Source of the DNA: Syntrophorhabdaceae bacterium | GTDB taxonomy: Bacteria > Desulfobacterota > Syntrophorhabdia > Syntrophorhabdales > Syntrophorhabdaceae | Length of the DNA: 64,000 bases | Direction of reading: 5' to 3' | Assembly (NCBI GenBank): GCA_963665295.1 | Contig: OY762209.1 | Location: 960,001 to 1,024,000, forward strand | In this document: piece after piece, positions 57,127 to 64,000 of the stretch | How the letters are laid out: each line of letters begins with the position of its first letter | Numbering within the stretch: the stretch's first letter is position 1 | Program-made: the position numbers and the translations under genes | Notes under the pieces: generated by a model | Told to the model about the DNA's origin: nothing | Database searches by the model: none | The model's input: only the letters and a program-made list of their open reading frames with translations

Positions 57127-58308
57127 CTAAAAATCCTCATAAAGCTCCCCGAACCTTATGCCCGCCACGGTCTTCTCTCTGTATTCTTCAAGGAATTTCT
57201 TCTTCGCCTCGTGGAGGTACTTCGAGTTAACCCCGTTCTCGACGGCGGTGTACGCTTCCACAAAGGCCCCGAGATCGTCGGCGGCCTTCACGATCGCGCC
57301 GTCCCTCGGGTTGTACCCGTCTGCATTGTATTCGGCCGAGATCACATCGGACGTGGTCCCGAGGACCCGGCCGTCCACCGTCACCCTGCTCGAAAACTCG
57401 TCATCCGTGAACATCCGCATCTCTTCATGCCACCCGGAAGGTATGAGGTTGTAGACCTCGAGCTCCATCTGCTCCCGCTCATAGCTCTTTATCAGTTCCT
57501 CAAGCCCCTCTATGGACCGTTTTACCGGGGAGATGATGTCCCTCGTGAGCACCTCCGGCAGATCGTGGAACAATCCGGTGAAATAATTATTCGCGCATCT
57601 TTTGGGGCAGGCGTCGATCTCCTTTGAAAAGAGGTAGGACAGGAGGGCCACCACAAGCATATGACCCAAGACCGCGGTGCGGGGGATCATATTCACGTGA
57701 CCCCACCTCAACTGGAACCTCAACTGACCGCAAAGGTCGATGAAATTCCTGTACTTTTCCCGTAGGGCAAGCTGCTGGATCCCCGTGAGGTCGTAATATC
57801 CCTCCTGTTTTTCCCTGAGAAGGCGCTTTATCCGTTGTATCTCATGCCCTTCGGGGTTGGCCCGTTCAATGATGTTGAATTCCCACTGGGTAGCGTAGAA
57901 ATGGGCGGCGCTCAATATCCTCTTGTTGATGGTGTCGTCCCTTTGAGCAAAATAACCCCTGAACCTCTCGTTCAGTTGCTCTCCCAGGGGCGAGAGGGTC
58001 GGCTCCAGACGCGCGAACACCCATTCGTTGAGCCGGTCGTACTTGACGCGGTCTTCCCTGATCCTGTCGAAGACCTGGGGCTTCAGGTCCGTAATGACGA
58101 GGCGCTGGAGAAACTCGAAAAGCCCCCCTTCTATTACCTCCTGCCAGTCGAACCCGTCCCTCCCTTCCTCGAATTTCCCGAGGAAGTAAGCGATGATCAT
58201 CTTGTGGGCCTGCTTGTCGAGCTCTCTCAGCTCCACGGGGCGGATCTTGTCGTTCCACCTCTGCATGCTCGCCGCATCCTGTATCTTCAGTATGAATGCT
58301 TTTCTCAT
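57127..58308 (-). CDS. HD-domain protein with duplicated YfbR-like fold
   Basis: MQRWND..ELDKQAHK, VLGHML, LFHDLPE, KAADDL. Confidence 0.85.
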   Translation of the reverse strand: MRKAFILKIQDAASMQRWNDKIRPVELRELDKQAHKMIIAYFLGKFEEGRDGFDWQEVIEGGLFEFLQRLVITDLKPQVFDRIREDRVKYDRLNEWVFARLEPTLSPLGEQLNERFRGYFAQRDDTINKRILSAAHFYATQWEFNIIERANPEGHEIQRIKRLLREKQEGYYDLTGIQQLALREKYRNFIDLCGQLRFQLRWGHVNMIPRTAVLGHMLVVALLSYLFSKEIDACPKRCANNYFTGLFHDLPEVLTRDIISPVKRSIEGLEELIKSYEREQMELEVYNLIPSGWHEEMRMFTDDEFSSRVTVDGRVLGTTSDVISAEYNADGYNPRDGAIVKAADDLGAFVEAYTAVENGVNSKYLHEAKKKFLEEYREKTVAGIRFGELYEDF

Positions 58309-58597
58309 GGATATCTTATACCAGCCCCGCCCTTAACATTCAAGCTCTGTATCGCGCCCCGTTTCTCGTCTTACGTGTTGCCTCCCGTGCGGTTTCTTCC
58401 GTTGCCGCCGGTCCGAATACAAAGTATTTTCCTCGGAGGGGAATGCTTGAGTTCCCAGACTTAGATCTCCCCATGTCTGATATGCAATTTTGATTCTTGG
58501 ATCGCAGTAGACTCAACTGAGAAATTTGTTGACATTTGTCTGATAAAATACAAGAATAGGATTGATCCAATACAAAGATGCCCAGAGGATGAATCAG

Positions 58598-59566
58598 ATG
58601 GAGAAAATGCCCCGGTCTGCAATCTTGCTACTTCTTACCCTTCCTTTCGTATTCCTGACAGGATGCGCCACGGTTCACAACCCGGACATACAGGTCGTTC
58701 CGACGGAAAAACCCCACGTGAGCAAAACAGTTGCTGCTGAACAGCCCGGCAAGAAATATCTCAAGAGAAAAGTGGCTATAGCCCGGTTTTCAAATGAGAC
58801 AGTTTATGGGCAAGGATTTTGGGTGGACGAAAACAAAGACCGCATCGGTAAACAGGCCTCGGACATCCTGTCGGCAAAGCTGGCGACAACGGAAAGGTTC
58901 ATACTGCTGGAACGAAGCGACATCGACAAAATATACAAAGAGTTGCAGCTGAATAACCTGTCGAGTCTCAACATTCCGGCGGATTACCTGATCGTCGGTT
59001 CCGTTTCTGAATTCGGCCGAAGCACCGTGAGCGATGTGGGAGTCTTCAGCCGCGTGAAGAAGCAACAGGCCCGGGCGAAGGTAAACATACGCCTTGTCGA
59101 GGTGGCGACGGGGCGGATCGTGTATTCGGAGGAAGGGGAAGGGGAGGCATTCTCCGAGGCAGGGTCCATGATGGGCGTGGGCGGTCGTGCGGGGTACGAT
59201 TCAACTCTCAATGACAAGGCAATAGGGGCCGCTATCTCGAAACTTGTAAGTAATGTCATAGAGAACCTGCTCCACAATCCGTGGCGATCATACATTCTCG
59301 CCTACGAGAATGACAGTTACATTATTGCCGGCGGAAAATCGCAGGGTATAAACATCAACGATACCTTTGGGATCTACAAAAGGGGCAAATCAATCCGGAA
59401 TCCGCAAACCGGGATGATGATCGAACTTCCGGCCCAGTTGATGGGAAATATCAGGGTTGCCTCGTTGGCCGGGACCGATCCCAACAACGAGATCAGTGTC
59501 TGTGTCGTCGAGTCGGGAAGCGCACCCAAGGCAAATTTTGAAGAATATTTCGTTCAGGAGCGGTGA
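58598..59566 (+). CDS. CsgG/HfaB-family lipoprotein
   Basis: Lipobox LTGC, KVAIARFSNET, FILLERSD, GSVSEFGR. Confidence 0.88.
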   Translation: MEKMPRSAILLLLTLPFVFLTGCATVHNPDIQVVPTEKPHVSKTVAAEQPGKKYLKRKVAIARFSNETVYGQGFWVDENKDRIGKQASDILSAKLATTERFILLERSDIDKIYKELQLNNLSSLNIPADYLIVGSVSEFGRSTVSDVGVFSRVKKQQARAKVNIRLVEVATGRIVYSEEGEGEAFSEAGSMMGVGGRAGYDSTLNDKAIGAAISKLVSNVIENLLHNPWRSYILAYENDSYIIAGGKSQGININDTFGIYKRGKSIRNPQTGMMIELPAQLMGNIRVASLAGTDPNNEISVCVVESGSAPKANFEEYFVQER

Positions 59567-59582
59567 ACCGGAAGCGGGAGAT

Positions 59583-59891
59583 ATGATGAAGAAATTTTGT
59601 TTGCTTATTTGTTGCACAATGTTGTTATGTTCATGTGGCTACCAGACGGGGGTGGTTCAAAAAGCAGACAAAGCGTACCTCCGGTTTTCCGGCATATGGG
59701 AGCGCTACGAGATTACGGTCAGGGTCGACGAAAGGGAGCCTTTTCAGCTGAAACCTTCCGACGCCGACGACACACTGTTCGAGATAACGTCAGGCAAACA
59801 TTTGATCAAGGTGTCCAGGAACGACAAAATCGTCGTGGACCGTGTTGTTTTTCTGGAAGGTCAGACAACGTTCGAGGTGAAAATCCCATGA
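59583..59891 (+). CDS. Small lipoprotein
   Basis: Lipobox LCSC; stop overlaps the next gene's start (ATGA). Confidence 0.75.
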   Translation: MMKKFCLLICCTMLLCSCGYQTGVVQKADKAYLRFSGIWERYEITVRVDEREPFQLKPSDADDTLFEITSGKHLIKVSRNDKIVVDRVVFLEGQTTFEVKIP

Positions 59892-60334
59892 AAAGGCATA
59901 TCACGCTAATTATACTCCTATTATCGGTGTCGCTTGGCGGATGCGCGACCCAGAACAGGCCGCAATATATATGGAAGGATTATTCAGCTTCTCTCTATAC
60001 CGTAAAGAAGAACCCCTCCGACGAAAGTCTGAAAACTCACAAGGACCTTCTCCTTTCCATTATAGAGGAGTCGAAGAGCACGAACTACAGGGTGCCGCCC
60101 GGCGTTTATTGCGAATACGGCTACATTTTGATGAAGGAAGGGAAGAAGGAAGAGGCCCTAGTATATTTTGACCTGGAGGAAAAAACCTATCCGGAATCGA
60201 GGGTGTTCATCCAAAACCTGAAAAAATATCAAAAGAAAGGTGCCTCAAAGGAAAACGACGGGGGGGTCACAGACACGAAGGGGAGTAAGGATAAGCCGTC
60301 GGACACAGATAGCAGGAAAGAGGGGGACACGTGA
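59888..60334 (+). CDS. DUF4810-like lipoprotein
   Basis: LGGC, YIWKDY, VPPGVYCEYGY, EKTYPES. Confidence 0.85.
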   Translation: MKRHITLIILLLSVSLGGCATQNRPQYIWKDYSASLYTVKKNPSDESLKTHKDLLLSIIEESKSTNYRVPPGVYCEYGYILMKEGKKEEALVYFDLEEKTYPESRVFIQNLKKYQKKGASKENDGGVTDTKGSKDKPSDTDSRKEGDT

Positions 60335-61020
60335 AAAGAGATGTAGGATTCATCTTTCTATTTGTCATGGTCATGCTGATAAGCGCGTGCGCTCCGGCCA
60401 AGGTTGCAAAAAAAACTGCCTTCCCCGAGATGTATAGCGAGCGCCCCCACTCCATCCTGGTTTTACCCCCTATCAACGAGACCACGGCGGCAGAAGCCAG
60501 AGAATACTACCTCACCACGGTCGCGGAGCCGGTATCTTACGCGGGCTATTATGTCTTCCCCATAGAAGTGACTAACGACATCCTGTCAACGGTGGGTCTG
60601 CACGACACAGAAATGATAGACGACTCACAGCTTGGAAAATTCAAAGAGTTCTTCGGCGCAGATGCGGTTCTCTATGTGAGAATCGTGAAGTGGAACACGA
60701 GCTATGCCGTTTTGGCTGCCAATGTCTCTGTAGGAGTAGAGTGCGTACTTAAATCCACCACAACCCACAAGGCTTTGTGGCGATACAAGGGCACCGTTGT
60801 GGTTGATACATCCGGCGGCTCAAGCGGCGGGGGAATCGCGGGCTTGATTGCCAAAGCCATAGTAACCGCCATTGCCACCGCTTCGACGGACTATGTCCCG
60901 ATTGCCCGCAGGGTCAATTACATGGTCGTCGGGAGCATGCCTTATGGAAAATATCATCCGGGCTTTGACACAGACGGAGAGATAGAAATAATCCAGGGCA
61001 ATATGTATGGTTTCAAATAG
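60331..61020 (+). CDS. DUF799/GNA1162-like lipoprotein
   Basis: ISAC, PHSILVLPPINET, GYYVFP, FGADAVLY, PYGKYHP. Confidence 0.87.
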   Translation: MKRDVGFIFLFVMVMLISACAPAKVAKKTAFPEMYSERPHSILVLPPINETTAAEAREYYLTTVAEPVSYAGYYVFPIEVTNDILSTVGLHDTEMIDDSQLGKFKEFFGADAVLYVRIVKWNTSYAVLAANVSVGVECVLKSTTTHKALWRYKGTVVVDTSGGSSGGGIAGLIAKAIVTAIATASTDYVPIARRVNYMVVGSMPYGKYHPGFDTDGEIEIIQGNMYGFK

Positions 61021-61276
61021 CAGAGGTATATTATGTCTTCAGTGAGTATGGCGTTTCATTCTTAAATATCCCCATACCTGTACAGCTCTAATTTCAGGAT
61101 CGCATGTCTCCCTTGCATCTTGACACGGACATACCAAGTTCTCAGGTTCGCAAGAAAAGGTCGTGAGAGTTCCGACGGCGGCTTTTTCCCCTTTATTGAT
61201 CCGGAGAATCTGAATTTAATGGCAATAAACGTGCCTTTTATGTTATACAAAGGATCGGAGGTCGTTGAGATAACAC

Positions 61277-62152
61277 ATGTATTTTCAGGATTTGATCTTC
61301 GCACTGCAGAAATACTGGGCTGACAAGGGATGCGTCATTGTCCAGCCTTACGATATGGAAGTCGGCGCGGGCACTTTTCATCCCGCCACCTTCCTCCGGT
61401 CCCTGGGGCCGGACCACTGGAATGCCGCATACGTGCAGCCTTCGCGACGTCCCGCAGACGGGCGCTATGGAGAAAACCCCAACAGACTTCAGCATTACTA
61501 CCAGTTTCAGGTGGTGATGAAGCCCTCGCCCAAGGACATCCAGAACCTCTACATCGAAAGCCTCAGAAGTTTCGGCATTGACCCGTCCAACCATGACATA
61601 CGCTTTGTGGAAGACGACTGGGAATCGCCCACCCTGGGCGCCTGGGGTCTCGGCTGGGAGGTATGGCTCGACGGCATGGAGATCACCCAGTTCACCTATT
61701 TTCAGCAGGTGGGCGGCATAAGCCTTTCCCCTGTCACGGTGGAGATCACCTACGGGACGGAGAGGATCGCCATGTACCTCCAGGACGTGGATAACGTATT
61801 CCACATAAAATGGAACAAGGACGTGCTCTATAGGGATATCTTCCTGGAGCCCGAGAAGGAATACTCCATTTATAACTTTGAGGAGTCCGACGCGGCCATG
61901 CTGAGAGGCATGTTCGACGTGTGCGAGAGGGAAGGCGAAAAACTCGCCACAGGAAGGGAGCTTGTCTATCCTTCCTATGACTATTGCCTGAAGTGCTCCC
62001 ACATATTCAACCTCCTCGATGCAAGGGGCGCGATCAGCGTCACCGAAAGGGCGAATTACATCGGACGGGTGAGGAATCTGGCGAAACTCTGCGCCGAGCT
62101 TTATATTAAGAAGAAGGGGCAGGCAGGGCTTTCTCCCTCCGAAAAGACCTAA
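61277..62152 (+). CDS. glyQ: Glycyl-tRNA synthetase alpha subunit
   Basis: [35 protein letters not shown]. Confidence 0.98.
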   Translation: MYFQDLIFALQKYWADKGCVIVQPYDMEVGAGTFHPATFLRSLGPDHWNAAYVQPSRRPADGRYGENPNRLQHYYQFQVVMKPSPKDIQNLYIESLRSFGIDPSNHDIRFVEDDWESPTLGAWGLGWEVWLDGMEITQFTYFQQVGGISLSPVTVEITYGTERIAMYLQDVDNVFHIKWNKDVLYRDIFLEPEKEYSIYNFEESDAAMLRGMFDVCEREGEKLATGRELVYPSYDYCLKCSHIFNLLDARGAISVTERANYIGRVRNLAKLCAELYIKKKGQAGLSPSEKT

Positions 62153-62265
62153 GTATTATGGATTGCCGGGGTGCGCCCCGGATGCAGCAGATCATCCCGC
62201 GTCAGGCCCGGGATGATGAAACACGCTCCGGGGACTTCTTCCGGAGAATTTCAAAAAGGAGCGTT

Positions 62266-64000
62266 ATGAGCGACTTTTTGCTTGAAGTCGGTACAGAAGA
62301 GATACCTGCGCGGTTTCTTGAACCCGCAAAGGAAGGTCTCACCAGATTATTGAAAGACGCACTCGCTGCGGCATGGATATCCGCCGGCGGGTTTGAGATC
62401 TATGCGACCCCGAGAAGGATCGCGGTCATGATCAAGGATGTGGCGGAAACACAGGCGGAGAGTGTTTCGGTCAAGTTCGGCCCTCCCTATAACCGCGCCT
62501 TCAGCCCTGAAGGAAAGCCCACCCCCGCCGCAACAGGGTTTGCAAAATCCCAGGGAGTTACCCTTGAAGACCTGAAGAAAGGCACAAAAGACGGTGTCGA
62601 CTTCGTCACAGTGGAGAAAAAGGAAGGCGGCAAGCCCACCAGGGACGTCCTTCCCGAGTTGCTCAAAGACGCGATCTCCCGCATCCCCTTTCAAAAGAGG
62701 ATGAGATGGGGCACGGAAACCTTTGAATTTGCGCGGCCCATTCAGTGGATCGTCGCCCTTTTCGGTGAGTCGGTCATTGAATTCGCCCTGGCGGACGTGA
62801 AGAGCGGCAGCACCAGCCTCGGCCACAGGTTTCTCTCAAAAGGACCGGTCACCATCACTGATCCCTCCCAATACATGGAAAAGCTCAAAGAGGCCTTCAT
62901 CATCCTCAAGGAAGAGGAAAGGCTCGACACTATACAGCGGGGCATCAAGAAGATAGAGGAAGAGACAGGAGGCCGCGCGGTAAGAGACGACGACCTCGTG
63001 AAAGAAATAGTCTACATTACGGAATACCCCTACCCCCTGCGCGGGTCTTTCGATGAGCGGTTTCTCGCCCTCCCGAAAGAGGTGCTCGTCAATGTCATGA
63101 AGTCCCACCAGAGGTATATCCCTCTGCTCACCGCGGACAACAGGCTCATGCCTTATTTCATCTTCTTCGCGAACACGGTCCCTGTGGAAGACAAGAACGT
63201 GATCCGGGGCAACGAGAAGGTCCTCCGGGCCCGCCTCGCGGACGCACAGTTCTTCTTTGACGACGACCGCAAGGTAAAGGTCTACGACCTCTACGACCGG
63301 CTGTCCTCCATCGTGTGGCACGTGAAACTCGGCACCCTTAAGGATAAGACGGAAAGGGTCAAGGATATCGCGGGCTACCTCGCATCGGTCCTCGAGTATA
63401 AGGATACCCGAAAGATCGAGAGGGCAGTGAGACTGATGAAGTCGGACCTCCTTACCCACATGGTAGGCGAGTTTCCCGAACTCCAGGGCGTCATGGGCCG
63501 GATTTACGCGGAGGCCCAGGGAGAAGACCCGGAGACGGCCCGGGCCATTGAAGAGCATTACCTCCCGAGCGGCGGAAACGGGGCCCTCCCCGAGACACCC
63601 TTGGGCGCGCTCCTCGCCATCGCGGACAAGATGGACAGCCTCGCGGCCTTTTTCTCCGTGGGAATAAGCCCGACAGGGAACCTTGACCCCTTCGCCCTGA
63701 GAAGGCAGGCCCTCGGCATGATGAAGATCATCATGGAGAAGAGACTCCATATCCCTCTCAAAAAGGTCATTGCAAAGGCTTACGAAAGCGGGTCAAACAT
63801 CAGGAAACGGATAAGCGCCGAAGAGACGGAGGCCTCCCTCCTCGAGTTCATCGCCACACGGTTCAAGTTCTCCATGATAGAGGAGGACCACAACCAGGAA
63901 TTCGTGGAGAGCGTGCTGCCCTGTGTATCGGAAGACATTTATGACGGCTATTTGAGGCTTACCGCCCTCGAGACCCAGGAATCCATCCAGGATTTCCAGA
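62266..64000 (+). CDS. glyS: Glycyl-tRNA synthetase beta subunit (runs off window end)
   Basis: Read by hand: MSDFLLEVGTEEIPARF..., ATPRR, MRWG, MVGEFPELQGVMG, DPFALRRQA. Confidence 0.96.
   Translation, partial: MSDFLLEVGTEEIPARFLEPAKEGLTRLLKDALAAAWISAGGFEIYATPRRIAVMIKDVAETQAESVSVKFGPPYNRAFSPEGKPTPAATGFAKSQGVTLEDLKKGTKDGVDFVTVEKKEGGKPTRDVLPELLKDAISRIPFQKRMRWGTETFEFARPIQWIVALFGESVIEFALADVKSGSTSLGHRFLSKGPVTITDPSQYMEKLKEAFIILKEEERLDTIQRGIKKIEEETGGRAVRDDDLVKEIVYITEYPYPLRGSFDERFLALPKEVLVNVMKSHQRYIPLLTADNRLMPYFIFFANTVPVEDKNVIRGNEKVLRARLADAQFFFDDDRKVKVYDLYDRLSSIVWHVKLGTLKDKTERVKDIAGYLASVLEYKDTRKIERAVRLMKSDLLTHMVGEFPELQGVMGRIYAEAQGEDPETARAIEEHYLPSGGNGALPETPLGALLAIADKMDSLAAFFSVGISPTGNLDPFALRRQALGMMKIIMEKRLHIPLKKVIAKAYESGSNIRKRISAEETEASLLEFIATRFKFSMIEEDHNQEFVESVLPCVSEDIYDGYLRLTALETQESIQDFQ

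Noticed and set aside
62160..62220. REP-like hairpins between glyQ and glyS
   Set aside because: Single occurrence in the window; cannot be established as a repeat family

Overview
A 64-kb bacterial chromosomal segment, GC-rich. Gene content resembles an anaerobic Desulfobacterota/Syntrophorhabdus-like organism (inference only). Core blocks: sigma-54 activator, CDF transporter, OmpA, phoU-pstSCAB-pstB2 running directly into a Moco operon (moeA, moeA-PBP, moaA, moaC, MOSC, mogA/moaB), a PAS-PP2C / kinase-like / STAS-like / HD-GYP partner-switching cluster, an atypical PurF paralogue, Ada-ogt-alkA repair genes, an ABC permease fused to two binding domains, pilT/pilU, scpB, miaA, PBP1A, gspG/gspD, a CsgG-lipoprotein operon and glyQS. 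There are two accessory patches. About 5.3-12.4 kb holds lipoproteins, an IS3 splitting one of them, and a type II R-M pair. About 43-47 kb holds decaying genes and an AAA_21 ATPase + DUF4276-like pair. The most striking unexplained signal is a 210-bp non-coding element present twice (12149-12358 and 46900-47109). Each copy lies just 3' of a defence-type gene pair. The copies have diverged in sequence but keep a ~150-nt hairpin through many compensatory base-pair changes and + strand G.T wobbles. Copy A sits in a mosaic of local duplications: a 113-bp direct repeat bracketing the R-M genes and a 154-bp inverted duplication. This suggests a structured-ssDNA/RNA site marking hotspots where defence cargo is acquired. 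An IS630 is inserted without disrupting either the scpB stop codon or the pilT RBS. No rRNA, tRNA or CRISPR array was recognised.
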